Positions 23,405 to 33,956 of a DNA stretch of 64,000 bases are shown here, one piece after another. The stretch covers positions 512,001 to 576,000 of the forward strand of contig CAWDVW010000007.1 of the NCBI GenBank assembly GCA_963805855.1, read 5' to 3'. The stretch comes from Candidatus Dadabacteria bacterium. GTDB lineage: Bacteria; Desulfobacterota_D; UBA1144; Nemesobacterales; CSP1-2. The stretch's first letter is position 1; every line of letters starts with the position of its first letter. The position numbers and the translations under genes are program-made. A model generated the notes under the pieces. It was not told where the DNA came from. It was given only the letters and a program-made list of their open reading frames with translations, and did not search any database.

Positions 23405-24390
23405 GTCAATTGTTCGGTTATAGAACTATAAATCCGATGTTTTACATCATTCAATGAACCCTTAAGCATGCATCCAGCCGATCTTTTGTGGCCTCCACCG
23501 CAAAAGGTCTCCGCTACCGTCGCTACGTCGACTTCTCCCTTGGATCGCAGACTAACCTTCCAAAAGGATTCTGAATGATTAATCTTCTCCAATTCATTAA
23601 ACAACACAGCAACTTCTACACCCTTTACACTACGAGGATAATTTACAATTCCTTCGGAATCTTCACCAGTAGTACACGTCCTGTTAAACATTTCCTTGTT
23701 AAGAATTACGGAAGCAATACGCCCGTTTTCTAAGAGTTCAAGTGTCGAGATCGCTAGGCCTATCAACTGTAATCTTTCAGGACTTTCACTCTCATATAGG
23801 GCTTGAGATATATCTGATGGGTTTGCTCCATGTTCCACCAGTTCAGCTGCGACCCTGAAAGTTTCCGGGCTTGTGTTCGAGTACCTAAATGAGCCTGTAT
23901 CTCCAACTATTGTTGTGTATAGGTTAGTAGCTATGTCTGGGTTGATCTCCAGGTTAAGCTCCCTTATTAGTAAATGGACTATCATTCCTGTTGATGAGAC
24001 AGCCGGATCGAGAAGGTATAAATCGGCGGTAGCCCGAGTAGTTTGGTGATGGTCTACGATAACGGATGTTCCGCAAGTGTTTTTATTCATAAAATTTAAA
24101 AATTCCTTTCCTACCCTAGAGACATCGGTGCAGTCCAGGATTATGGTACAATCAAAACTACCTCGCACATTCGTCAACGATTTAATCACCGATCTTGAGC
24201 CCGGGAGAAAGTCTAAGACTTTGGGAACGCCGTCCTTATTATAACAAACGACCTCTTTCTCAAATCGTGTGAGGACTAATCCAAGGGCAAGCATTGAACC
24301 TAACGCATCAGCGTCCGGCCTCTCATGGGAAGCGATAAGAATGCGTTTTGAATTTTGGATAACCTCTACCACTCTGAATAGATTATTCAT
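23401..24390 (-). CDS. nrnA: DHH/DHHA1 bifunctional oligoribonuclease/pAp phosphatase
   Basis: HERPDADA, VDHH, DTGSF, SLRS, GGGH. Confidence 0.9.
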   Translation of the reverse strand: MNNLFRVVEVIQNSKRILIASHERPDADALGSMLALGLVLTRFEKEVVCYNKDGVPKVLDFLPGSRSVIKSLTNVRGSFDCTIILDCTDVSRVGKEFLNFMNKNTCGTSVIVDHHQTTRATADLYLLDPAVSSTGMIVHLLIRELNLEINPDIATNLYTTIVGDTGSFRYSNTSPETFRVAAELVEHGANPSDISQALYESESPERLQLIGLAISTLELLENGRIASVILNKEMFNRTCTTGEDSEGIVNYPRSVKGVEVAVLFNELEKINHSESFWKVSLRSKGEVDVATVAETFCGGGHKRSAGCMLKGSLNDVKHRIYSSITEQLT

Positions 24391-24733
24391 CTTTAGTTTT
24401 CCTTAAGAGTTCATCAACCCTGTAACCCTCTTGCAGAGCCTCGTCAAATTCGAATTTGAGGTCGGGAATCCGTCTAATCCTAAGCCGCTTGGAAAGTTCC
24501 CTCTTGATATAACTCGAGGCACTTTGGAGCCCCTCCATTATATTCTGCTTGTCAATCTGATCACCGATAACCGTGAAATAAACCCTAGCAAATCCAAGGT
24601 CGTCGGTTAATTTTATGCCGGTGAGAACAACAGGCTCAATCCGAGGATCCCTTACATTACCCTTGATTAACATCTCGGATATCTCTTTTAGAATCATATC
24701 ACCCACCCTGAGGCTGCGTTTACTGCCCAACAT
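24383..24733 (-). CDS. rbfA: Ribosome-binding factor A
   Basis: RVGDMI...RDPRI...RRIPDLKF; standard operon position. Confidence 0.93.
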   Translation of the reverse strand: MLGSKRSLRVGDMILKEISEMLIKGNVRDPRIEPVVLTGIKLTDDLGFARVYFTVIGDQIDKQNIMEGLQSASSYIKRELSKRLRIRRIPDLKFEFDEALQEGYRVDELLRKTKDE

Positions 24734-24745
24734 CGGACTGATCTC

Positions 24746-25036
24746 CTAGAAAAAAATTATTTCCAATTCTCGACTTACCATATGAGCAATCCCAGTCGAT
24801 TCTATAAATCCAGATACCTGATCCAAAATCGAATTGACATAGTTTTTCTCGTTACTAACTATTGTGATTCCAAGAGTGGCCCTCTGCCACATATCCTGAG
24901 AATCTACCTCGGAGATTGAAACGTTCGAGAATCGCGATTTGGTTCTATGGATCAGACTTTTGAGAAGTTGTCTCTTTCCTTTGAGGGATCTATTTCCATC
25001 CAAGTAGAGCTCAATTCTGAGAACACCTATAACCAT
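24746..25036 (-). CDS. DUF503 (YlxP-like) protein
   Basis: SLKGKR, NVSISEV, QDMWQRATLG; between infB and rbfA. Confidence 0.88.
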   Translation of the reverse strand: MVIGVLRIELYLDGNRSLKGKRQLLKSLIHRTKSRFSNVSISEVDSQDMWQRATLGITIVSNEKNYVNSILDQVSGFIESTGIAHMVSRELEIIFF

Positions 25037-25046
25037 TTCTTTAGAG

Positions 25047-27653
25047 CTATAGCTCTTGTTTAATCTCTTCTAAATCATAAAACTCAAGCGTATCGCCGAC
25101 TTTGATATCATTGAAGTTCTCGATCCCTATCCCGCACTCAAATCCAGTCTGAACTTCTCTTACATCATCTTTAAAACGCTTAAGCGAGCTTATTCTTCCC
25201 TCGTATATCAAAACGCCATCCCTTACCAGCCTTACCTTATTTCCCCTGGAAATCTTTCCGTCTGTCACAATACAACCCGCAATCGTGCCAATCTTTGATA
25301 TGCTGAAAGTAGCTCTAACTTCGGCATGAGCCGAAACCCTTTCCTTGATTACTGGTTCTAGGAGTCCCTCCATTGCTTTTTTTATTCTATCAACAGCATC
25401 GTAAATAATTGTGTGAAGCTCTATGGAAACCCCTTCTCTTTCAGCCAAACTTAACGCGTTTACATCCGGACGCACATTGAAGCCTAAGACTATGGCATTC
25501 GACGCGACTGCAAGCGTTACATCCGTTTCATTTATTGCACCGGCGCCTGAATGCACGATATTCACACGACATTTATCTGTAGATAGTTTTGATACTGCAT
25601 CCTTAATAGCCTCAACAGAACCCTGTGTGTCTGCCTTAATTATGAGAAGGAGTTCTTTTACTTCCTCTTTTTGAATCGATTCGAATAGGTCTTCGAGCGA
25701 AAGCTTTCTTTTTGAAGCCGTCAATCGTTGTCTTTCTTTAATTTCCCTGTGTGTTACTAACTCCTTAGCTGTTTTTTCATCTTTTACTACGTACAATCTT
25801 TCCCCGGCACTAGGAACTCCCGAAAGACCCATCACTTCTACTGGCAATGACGGGCCCGCAGAATCTTTTTTATTTCCTTTATCATCGATAAGGGCTCGTA
25901 CCCTTCCATAGGCCGTACCTGCAACGACGTAATCGCCAACCCTTATAGTGCCTTCGTTTACAATTATCGTCGCTAACGGGCCTCTCCCTCTGCTCAGTTC
26001 GGCTTCTATCACTGCACCATTCGCTCTTTTATCCTCAATGGCTTTCAATTCCATTACATCTGCCTGTAATAACACCAAATCCAATAGCTCCTTAATCCCA
26101 ACATTATTTTTTGCGGAGACTCCGGCAAACAATGTGTCACCACCCCATTCCTCCGGCATCAAACCAATATCCGATAATTGTCTTTTAACCATATCCGGAT
26201 TTGACTCGGGCTTATCAACCTTGTTGATAGCTACAATAATCGGTACACCAGCTGCCTTTGCGTGGTTTATGGCTTCGACAGTCTGGGGCATTACTCCGTC
26301 ATCTGCGGCAACGACTAGGATAACTATATCAGTTACATTAGCACCTCGAGCCCTCATCGCAGTAAAAGCCTCGTGCCCCGGAGTATCTACAAAGACGACC
26401 TTTCTTTCGTCAACGCTCACACAGTAAGCTCCAATGTGCTGGGTAATTCCTCCGGTTTCCTCTCCAACAACGTTTGTCTTCCTTATGGTATCGAGAAGTG
26501 TTGTTTTTCCATGATCCACATGTCCCATAACCGTTACAATAGGCGGACGTGAGACATATTCACCCGTTACTTCTTGATCACGTTCAAACAGCAGTTCATC
26601 TTCCTCAAATTTATCTAATGTAACTTCGAAACCGAGTTCTTCTGCTACGATGGCGGCTGTTTCATGATCAATTGATTGGTTTACGGTATATTTCGCACCC
26701 AGATCCATCAACCTTTTGATAACTTCACCTGCCTTGACTCCCATCTTCTTTGCCAACTCCCCGACGATTATAGTATCCCCTAACTTTATACTTTTCTTAA
26801 TGGGTTTTGTTGGGAAAGGTATTATTTCTGCGGACGGTGCTTCATATTTACCAGGTTCAATATCTTTCGCGTAACCTTTGCGCATTGTTGAACCGGGTTT
26901 CTCCCTCTGGAGACTTCCTTGCGCAAACCTTACCCTCGATCTGCGATCTTCAACAAGGTATTCCCTTTTTCTTCCCGGGAGTTTAGTTTTAAACGCCCTG
27001 CGGAGCTCTTCAAGTGTATCTTCATCAATTATTTCTTCTCTTTTAGGTTTTACTTTACGTCCCTTCTTTTTTACTTTTGCCTCTTCGTCTTTTTCCCTAA
27101 CTTCTTCAACCCTTTTTGTTTCTTCTTTAGCCTCCTCCATCCGAAGTTCTCGTTCTTCCGTCTTTTCGGGACTCACTTCCCCACCAGTTTCCGGTTCCGG
27201 CATCGGCCGTTCTTCCATGATTTCAGTTTCAATCTCCTTTGTTTCCTCAGATGCCTGTTCAGTAGCTGTTAATTGAGTTTCTACCGGTGCTTTCTCTGTA
27301 GTTTTGCCCACCTCTTCTTCAATTAATTGAGCGGCTTTGACCTCAGGTTCTTTTGCCTTTTTCTTTTTCCTTAAAATGACGGAACTACCCTTTCTCCTCT
27401 CTACAACCTCTTCGCCGCTGTCTGAACGGAAGACCGTCACCTTTTCATCGGTCTTTTCAGCTTCTTCGGCTGACGATGATAGGTCCTGCGTATCCGCCGT
27501 CTTAAGATTTTTCTTTATTTTTTCTGCATCTTCACCTGAGATAGAACTCGCATGACTTCGAACTGAAATTCCAAGTCTATTCGCAATCTCGATAACCTCT
27601 TTATTTGATAAACCCAATTCTTTTGAAAATTCGTAAACCCTTACGTTTGCCAT
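25047..27653 (-). CDS. infB: Translation initiation factor IF-2
   Basis: [31 protein letters not shown]. Confidence 0.98.
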   Translation of the reverse strand: MANVRVYEFSKELGLSNKEVIEIANRLGISVRSHASSISGEDAEKIKKNLKTADTQDLSSSAEEAEKTDEKVTVFRSDSGEEVVERRKGSSVILRKKKKAKEPEVKAAQLIEEEVGKTTEKAPVETQLTATEQASEETKEIETEIMEERPMPEPETGGEVSPEKTEERELRMEEAKEETKRVEEVREKDEEAKVKKKGRKVKPKREEIIDEDTLEELRRAFKTKLPGRKREYLVEDRRSRVRFAQGSLQREKPGSTMRKGYAKDIEPGKYEAPSAEIIPFPTKPIKKSIKLGDTIIVGELAKKMGVKAGEVIKRLMDLGAKYTVNQSIDHETAAIVAEELGFEVTLDKFEEDELLFERDQEVTGEYVSRPPIVTVMGHVDHGKTTLLDTIRKTNVVGEETGGITQHIGAYCVSVDERKVVFVDTPGHEAFTAMRARGANVTDIVILVVAADDGVMPQTVEAINHAKAAGVPIIVAINKVDKPESNPDMVKRQLSDIGLMPEEWGGDTLFAGVSAKNNVGIKELLDLVLLQADVMELKAIEDKRANGAVIEAELSRGRGPLATIIVNEGTIRVGDYVVAGTAYGRVRALIDDKGNKKDSAGPSLPVEVMGLSGVPSAGERLYVVKDEKTAKELVTHREIKERQRLTASKRKLSLEDLFESIQKEEVKELLLIIKADTQGSVEAIKDAVSKLSTDKCRVNIVHSGAGAINETDVTLAVASNAIVLGFNVRPDVNALSLAEREGVSIELHTIIYDAVDRIKKAMEGLLEPVIKERVSAHAEVRATFSISKIGTIAGCIVTDGKISRGNKVRLVRDGVLIYEGRISSLKRFKDDVREVQTGFECGIGIENFNDIKVGDTLEFYDLEEIKQEL

Positions 27654-27823
27654 AACTTTTATACTCTACTCTTTAACCCATCTGCTTAATTTGCTTAAAT
27701 TTTTTATAAGATACCAACTAAACTAATACTATTCAAAAAGCTTTAATATAAACCAACCGTAATCGATCCGTATAATTTAGCTCAAAATCACGAAATTCAT
27801 GATATCGAGACATCTTTACCTAA

Positions 27824-29122
27824 TCAGCTTTCCTCAGGCTCGGCCGATGGATGTTCAGGAACAGACAACTTGTCGAGTTTATCCTTGAGAGCGATTCTAG
27901 CTGCAGTCTGAATTTTCTGGGCCTCCTCGTCGGTCTTTAAACCTGCCACTTTGACCAACGTATCGCGGTCCGAGAATGCAATATCTTCTAAAGTGTGAAA
28001 TCCCTCGCTATACAAAAGATTGGCAGTTACCTCTCCAACGTTCGGCAATGTCATAAGGAGTGAAACTACCTCTTGTTGTTCTTTTTTAACCTGCGATTCG
28101 GTCTTTATATCTATCTTCCACTGTGTAAGTTGCGAAGCAAGTCTGACATTCTGACCCCTTCTACCTATCGCCAATGAAAGCTGGTCATCATCCACTATTA
28201 CTTCCATAGATTTATCGCTTTCGTCAATTATGACCTTACTCACAATTGCCGGGGAAAGAGAATTACATACAAACTTGGCGGGATCCGTTGCCCAGGGCAC
28301 TATATCAATCTTTTCTCCCCTTAATTCTTGAATGATATTCTGCACCCTTGACCCTCTCATGCCAACACATGCTCCGACAGCATCCACATCAGAATCATTC
28401 GAATAAACTGCTATCTTTGTACGGCCCCCTGGATCTCTTGAAATCGACTTTATTCCGACAATACCCTCACTTATTTCAGGAACCTCAGCCTCAAAAAGCC
28501 TGCTGACAAAGCTTGGATGTGCACGGGAAAGTATAAGTTGTGGGCCACGCTTTGTTTCTTTTATGTCATAGAGAATCGCCCTTATTCTTTCCTTTGGCTT
28601 ATAGTATTCTTTTGCAACCTGATGCTCGTATGGAAGAATGGTTTCGGTCCTCCCGAGGTCTACGATTACGTTTTTCCTCTCAATCCTTCTAACTATTCCA
28701 CTAACGAGTTCGCCTTTTCTGTTAATAAATTCTTCATATATAACCTTTCCTTCTGCTTCCTTTAACTTCTGCAATATCTTTTGCTTCGCATTCTGAATTG
28801 CAATTCTGGTAAACTCCGGATTTATTTTTACTCCTATCAAGTCTCCGACTTCTGACTCTGGATCAAGTGCCCTTGCTTCTTCGACACTAATTTCAAGTTC
28901 GGGGTCTTCGACTTCTCTTACTACGGTTTTAAATTCAAATAACTCGACCTCTCCTTCCTCATCGTTGAAATGCACTTCAAGCTCTTTCTCTTTGCCTTCT
29001 GTGCGAAATAGCCTCTGTGCCGCCGAGAGCACCGCTTCTTCGACTGCTCTCACTATTTCATCCCTCTCGATCCCTTTATCCTTTCCAACCGATTCCATAA
29101 CTCTGCTTAGTTCCGTAGCCAT
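27824..29122 (-). CDS. nusA: Transcription termination factor NusA
   Basis: GACVGMRGSRV, LSLAIGRRGQNVRLA; S1 and KH domains. Confidence 0.97.
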   Translation of the reverse strand: MATELSRVMESVGKDKGIERDEIVRAVEEAVLSAAQRLFRTEGKEKELEVHFNDEEGEVELFEFKTVVREVEDPELEISVEEARALDPESEVGDLIGVKINPEFTRIAIQNAKQKILQKLKEAEGKVIYEEFINRKGELVSGIVRRIERKNVIVDLGRTETILPYEHQVAKEYYKPKERIRAILYDIKETKRGPQLILSRAHPSFVSRLFEAEVPEISEGIVGIKSISRDPGGRTKIAVYSNDSDVDAVGACVGMRGSRVQNIIQELRGEKIDIVPWATDPAKFVCNSLSPAIVSKVIIDESDKSMEVIVDDDQLSLAIGRRGQNVRLASQLTQWKIDIKTESQVKKEQQEVVSLLMTLPNVGEVTANLLYSEGFHTLEDIAFSDRDTLVKVAGLKTDEEAQKIQTAARIALKDKLDKLSVPEHPSAEPEES

Positions 29123-29133
29123 ATGTTATCCCC

Positions 29134-29613
29134 CTAAAGCTCTAATTCTAAATTGGCTTTCTCGATATCATAAAATGGAATATCATAAACTTCACCCTCT
29201 ACCTGAATCGATGCAACATCATCATGAAAATCGATTAAATGGCCAATAAATACCCTTCTTTGATATAGATTTTCTTTAGTTTTAATTTTTACCTTCTTCC
29301 CTTTAAATCGTTTAAAGTCCTTTGAATCCTTAAGCACTCGATTCAAGCCGGGTGAAGATACCTCGAGGGTGTATGAATACGGTATTACATCATGCAAGTC
29401 TAAGAGAAAACCAAACTCACGACTAATATCAGCGCAATCTTCAACTGTTATACCATTTTCCTTATCTATGAAAATTCTGAGTACGCTCCCCCGACCACCG
29501 CCCGCATATTCTATATCGACTAGTTCGAGCCCTTTTTCCTGCAATATCGGGTCTAACAAATTCTTAATTGTTTCAATTAGATCTGGTTTCTCAAAACGCA
29601 TGCGCGCACTCAC
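29134..29613 (-). CDS. rimP: Ribosome maturation factor RimP (start may be ATG at 29601)
   Basis: LRIFIDK, YTLEVSSPG, IEKANL. Confidence 0.94.
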   Translation of the reverse strand: MSARMRFEKPDLIETIKNLLDPILQEKGLELVDIEYAGGGRGSVLRIFIDKENGITVEDCADISREFGFLLDLHDVIPYSYTLEVSSPGLNRVLKDSKDFKRFKGKKVKIKTKENLYQRRVFIGHLIDFHDDVASIQVEGEVYDIPFYDIEKANLELEL

Positions 29614-29631
29614 ATTTATCTTTTTTAATTC

Positions 29632-29660
29632 AAATAAAAATGCGGGTAATATACCCGCAT
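29632..29660 (-). terminator. Intrinsic terminator-like hairpin in the rimP-nusA-infB leader (attenuator)
   Basis: Perfect 9-bp stem ATGCGGGTA/TACCCGCAT (29640-29660) followed by a T-rich tract on the minus strand, just upstream of rimP. Confidence 0.7.
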
Positions 29661-29893
29661 CGTTTTAAAAAGTTACCTAATTTCGATTAATTGAGCAAAT
29701 CGAATAGTTATATAAAGGATATAAATATTCTAAACTTTCATTAGACTTAAGTCGCATTCCTCTATAGTCATACAATTAAATGGTGGCGTCGGTTTGGTAA
29801 ACCAAGTAAACAAAAAAGAGGGCTGAAAGTTGATCTCTCTATTCTAAAAATTGAATTTCCATCTTAAAATTGTTATATGTAATGCTTTAAGGG

Positions 29894-30397
29894 TTGACTA
29901 AAATGGACCTCATAAGAAGAATGATTGGTGCTTCAAAACTTGATATAAACCTGTACGATGAGGTTGAGACCAACCCGGATCTTACAAAAGAAGCCTTCCT
30001 AGCTGTACTACTTGTTTCAATTTGCAATGGGATAGGAATGATAGGTATATCGGGCTCAATTGGCATAATAACTGGCCTGGTATCTTCAATTATAGCCTGG
30101 GTCTTATGGAGTGTTATAATTTACGTTATTGGAGTCAGGGGGTTTGGGCATTCCTCAGATCTGGGAGAACTCCTCAGATGTCTAGGCTTTGCTTATTCAC
30201 CCGGTATTTTAAACATTTTCATGCTGTTGCCATTTATTGGACATTTCGTTCCCTATATTACGTCGATTTGGGTATTTCTAACCTTCATAGTGGCTATAAG
30301 GCAAGCACTCGACTGTGAGACATCCAGAGCAATCCTTATTTCAGTACTGGGATTTCTAGCGTATGTAATCATTCGCTTCTTAATATTTTTCATTTGA
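29894..30397 (+). CDS. YIP1-family membrane protein (start possibly ATG at 29903)
   Basis: YDEVE...T.EA, LLRCLGFAYSPG, AIRQALD; several TM helices. Confidence 0.75.
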   Translation: MTKMDLIRRMIGASKLDINLYDEVETNPDLTKEAFLAVLLVSICNGIGMIGISGSIGIITGLVSSIIAWVLWSVIIYVIGVRGFGHSSDLGELLRCLGFAYSPGILNIFMLLPFIGHFVPYITSIWVFLTFIVAIRQALDCETSRAILISVLGFLAYVIIRFLIFFI

Positions 30398-31006
30398 TCA
30401 TTCGAATTAGAAAAGCTGAATCGGCACCACGCCTCTATCTTTCGAATCACCCGAATCCACTCAAAAATCCTACCGGTAACAAGATCGCGCACATTATGAA
30501 TATGTGCACGACAAATCAACAACAGGAGCCTGTCTCTGGGGTCAGGCGTGAATAAATGAGTTATTTTTGTTTTTGATCTTCTTGTCTACTGTTTGTTGAA
30601 GGGTCTTTGCTGCTTGCCTCATCATGAACTTCATTCTTCTTGTCTTGTTTGCTTTCGTTTAAGAAGATCAATTCTTTGAGAGATAGCTGGGGATCGCCAC
30701 AGTGGAGGCTATACTGAGCACTTCGATCATACTCAGTGCAGGCTAGCCAAAGTACGATGACGAGAAAGACTACGAAATTAAAGGGTTGCTCCCTTTTTTC
30801 CATTCTTTCAGGTGAAATAACTCTTTTCGGTGCGAAAAGAGCAGTGCTTGCGCCTTATTGTCTCACGAACTTGATCCTCGATAAAGTCGTCGGGGAGAAG
30901 TTTCTCGAGGCGTAGTCGCATAATTTTTTCTCTTACCCCTTTTGACTTTGGCATTGGTCTCATGCTATGTTTGATAGATACTCCAACTTATAAAGGAAGG
31001 AAAAAA

Positions 31007-31486
31007 ATGAAAGGCAACAAAAAGTTACTGGCAGTGCTCAACCAACTCCTCGCGGATGAGCTCACTGCCATCAATCAATACATGGTGCACTCAGAGATGT
31101 GCGACAATTGGGGCTACGATAAGCTCCACAAGGCCATTGAGGCACAAGCAAGGGACGAGATGCACCACGCTGAGTGGCTTATCCAGCGTATCCTCTTTCT
31201 AGAGGGCACGCCGATTGTCTCAAAGCTGAATCCGATCAAAATCGGCACAACTGTCCTTGAAATCATTACGGGCGACCAGAACGCTGAACTTTCAGCCGTG
31301 CATGCTTACAATGATGCCATAGCCCTGGCGCACGAAGTGGGGGACCAGGCTAGTGTTGACCTGTTGACCCGCATTCTCAAGATGGAAGAGGATCATGTGG
31401 ATTGGGCAGAAATGCAACGTGAGCAAATCGGGCAGATGGGTCTCGAGAATTACCTCACCAATCAAACAAGGGGCGCTACAGATTAA
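31007..31486 (+). CDS. bfr: Bacterioferritin (159 aa from ATG at 31007)
   Basis: MKG...ELTAINQY, DEMHHAE (heme Met retained), EEDHVDW, MGLENYL; AAGGAAGG RBS. Confidence 0.94.
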   Translation: MKGNKKLLAVLNQLLADELTAINQYMVHSEMCDNWGYDKLHKAIEAQARDEMHHAEWLIQRILFLEGTPIVSKLNPIKIGTTVLEIITGDQNAELSAVHAYNDAIALAHEVGDQASVDLLTRILKMEEDHVDWAEMQREQIGQMGLENYLTNQTRGATD

Positions 31487-31769
31487 CTTCTCTGCATGCA
31501 TTGGAAAAGGACGATAGTTATCAGCGTACTTTAAACATCGCGGCCCAACACTGCATGCACCCGACACAGCTACCGCAGCTACCGCCTCGTCCCAGCGAAT
31601 GCTCATGTTATTCCGGGAAGTCTTGCCCGCGAAGAATCCCTGGGATCGATAATAAGAAATTAGAGCAATGAGAGAAGATAAAGTCAAACAGCCTTCTTTA
31701 TGGAATTGAGATAGAAATAAGTGGTTATGGGATTATCGGTGGCAAACGGATCCGTCAAGAGATGGGCAG

Positions 31770-31878
31770 GAGATCGCCGCGGCGGAGTCTATACCGCACA
31801 CTTCAATTGACTCAGTACAGGTAGGGCGAAGTACAATCACAAGAAAGAGGAGATTGCTTCGCGCCGCTCGGAATGACA
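31770..31878. repeat. Two degenerate short palindromic REP/MITE-like elements
   Basis: GAGATCGCCGCGGCGGAGTCTATACCG...GGCGAAG (31770-31831) and GAGATTGCTTCGCGCCGCTCGGAATGACA (31850-31878) resemble the widespread GAGATTGCTTCG...CTCGCAATGAC intergenic repeats; lie between convergent genes. Confidence 0.5.
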
Positions 31879-31901
31879 GAGGGTAGCTGAGTGAAAAAGG
31901 G

Positions 31902-33956
31902 CTATATAATATCGTTTTTCAGAATAAGGAGTAACCTCTCTAAAGTTTTAATCTTCTCATTGGCATTAAATTTGCCAAACCTGAGCTCCAAATATTCCTC
32001 TGTCAAGGCTTCAAACGTATCGGATGCTGAATTTTCATCTGAGCTTACGGCTTTAGCAAATTCTCTTGGCGTCATCGAATCGTGTTTAGTAAACCCTTTT
32101 TTGGATAACATATAGAGCGCTTTTTTGTAAATTGAAGAGGCTCTTTTCTCAGTGTCGCTTTCTCGAAACCCGGGCAGTCTTGTGAATACGGGCGTTTTCA
32201 AGAATAACAAGGCGGTAAAAGCCAAAATGCCTAATGCTATTAACCATCTTTTATCAACTAAGTGTTCACTAAAACTCTTGTTTTGTAAGTTTCTCTTTTG
32301 CCAGACCCACTTGCTCCTCAGATGCCTGAAAAATTGATTTTGATCCTTTTGATCATAATCTATTACATACCTACTCCAACGGAATCTCAAGTAATCCAAG
32401 TATGAACTAAAGAAATAAAAGGCACCCCTTTCCGCATCCGGGTCCGCACTCTCTGGTGTTGGGTCGAAACTAACCCAACCATATGTCGGGAAGTAAACCT
32501 CTACCCAGGAGTGGGCATCGCTTTCTCTTATTAAAAAAAAGTCGCCGAGTGCGTTCCACTGACCATCAATGAATCCATTGACGACTCTTGAAGGGATACC
32601 CAGAACCCTAAGCATAACCGTCATGGATGTAGCAAAGTATTCACAATGTCCAGCCCTATTTTCGAAGAGAAAATCATCTAACGGGAATTCGCTGGTTCCC
32701 CTTTCTAGGGTTCTCGTATATTTTAAATTGTTTTGAAGATAATTTTTGATAGAAACCACCCTATCGTATGCATTGGTTTTGTCTTTTGTCAACTGTTTTG
32801 CAAGATCTTGAATTTTTTTATTTAGAATTGGTAGTTGGAGATAAATATTCATTATTTCAGCAGGATATACCCCTTGGTCGGCTCTCAGGGCATAGGCCTC
32901 CGGGACTTGCAAATCTGAGTATGCTAAATATTTGAGCTTATACGATGTGTTGTTCGGAAGAATGTAGGAGTCATTTATCTCAGTGATCATACGTCCCTCC
33001 AGGCCCTGAAAGCCAACAGGAACATTAGCTGAAAATAGAATGTCCGTGTCTATCGGTTCAGTTAATATCTCCTGGGCTAATAACTCATTTCCCGAGCGCT
33101 TTACCATTGTTTCTCCATCGGATTTTTTTCTGATGGTTTGATAGTTGCGATTACTGGCTCTCCAATGAGTTCCATCAAATTGATCAAGCGCTATGCCTCT
33201 CCAATAAATAGGTCTTGGAACACGTTTGATCTCCTTGTTTAAAATCATTACCCGCATCACGGGTGAATTATCGAACTTAATTTGTCCAACCTGCCCTAGT
33301 TTTACTTCATCTGAGAATCCGGTCCTCAATGATTCGGGTCTGATAAAATTACTCATAAAAAAACCTGTTCTAATTCTTGGGACAGAAATAAAGATCATTG
33401 CAGTAAATACTAAAACGCAAATTCCGATCAAAGCAGTGGTACTTAAAAATTTTCCAGTAACAAAGTTAGGATCCTCCTTACTAGAAGTAACACGAGATTC
33501 TTTTGTGATATTAAGAATAACCATTGCGGAAAGAGATACTGCTACATACGCCACGAATGCAACTCCATAGCCAAAATTGATAGCAACTACAGACCCAGCA
33601 ATGAATTGAAAGAAACTTAGTATGTAGATTTGTACAATGTCTCTTATTGCCTTCCTTGCGAGGAGTTTAATGATCTGGGTATAGATTAAGAAAATTAAAA
33701 TTGCCTTAAAGACTTCGACCCCTAGAACAAAGAAGCTCATTAGAACATAGACTACAAGCGATATAGCGAGGAATGTGGAGAGGCTTTCGTTGATATAGTA
33801 TTGTCTACGACTCTTTGAATTTATGAAACTAAATGTTAACGCTGCTACAAAAACAATGGCGGATAGCTCGTCAACCGCCCCCGTAATCCATATGGAAAAA
33901 AATCCTAACAGAGCAATCAGATGCGTGAACAGAACCTGTGCCCGCGATAGGTTCAC
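31902..33956 (-). CDS. DUF3488/transglutaminase-like membrane protein (TgpA-like)
   Basis: N-terminal TM bundle; GHCEYFAT, AHSWVEVY and FDPTP supply the catalytic triad; C-terminal TPREFA. Confidence 0.88.
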   Translation of the reverse strand: MNLSRAQVLFTHLIALLGFFSIWITGAVDELSAIVFVAALTFSFINSKSRRQYYINESLSTFLAISLVVYVLMSFFVLGVEVFKAILIFLIYTQIIKLLARKAIRDIVQIYILSFFQFIAGSVVAINFGYGVAFVAYVAVSLSAMVILNITKESRVTSSKEDPNFVTGKFLSTTALIGICVLVFTAMIFISVPRIRTGFFMSNFIRPESLRTGFSDEVKLGQVGQIKFDNSPVMRVMILNKEIKRVPRPIYWRGIALDQFDGTHWRASNRNYQTIRKKSDGETMVKRSGNELLAQEILTEPIDTDILFSANVPVGFQGLEGRMITEINDSYILPNNTSYKLKYLAYSDLQVPEAYALRADQGVYPAEIMNIYLQLPILNKKIQDLAKQLTKDKTNAYDRVVSIKNYLQNNLKYTRTLERGTSEFPLDDFLFENRAGHCEYFATSMTVMLRVLGIPSRVVNGFIDGQWNALGDFFLIRESDAHSWVEVYFPTYGWVSFDPTPESADPDAERGAFYFFSSYLDYLRFRWSRYVIDYDQKDQNQFFRHLRSKWVWQKRNLQNKSFSEHLVDKRWLIALGILAFTALLFLKTPVFTRLPGFRESDTEKRASSIYKKALYMLSKKGFTKHDSMTPREFAKAVSSDENSASDTFEALTEEYLELRFGKFNANEKIKTLERLLLILKNDII

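Noticed and set aside
26900-27500. Low-complexity purine/pyrimidine-biased stretch
   Set aside because: Encodes the Glu/Lys-rich N-terminal linker of IF-2; not a DNA repeat.
30561-30803. 80-aa ORF with a weak lipobox-like WLAC
   Set aside because: No clear RBS or family motif and a low-complexity tail; may be debris, so not called.
31292-31687. 131-aa minus-strand ORF
   Set aside because: Overlaps the bfr 3' end on the opposite strand and has no recognisable domain.
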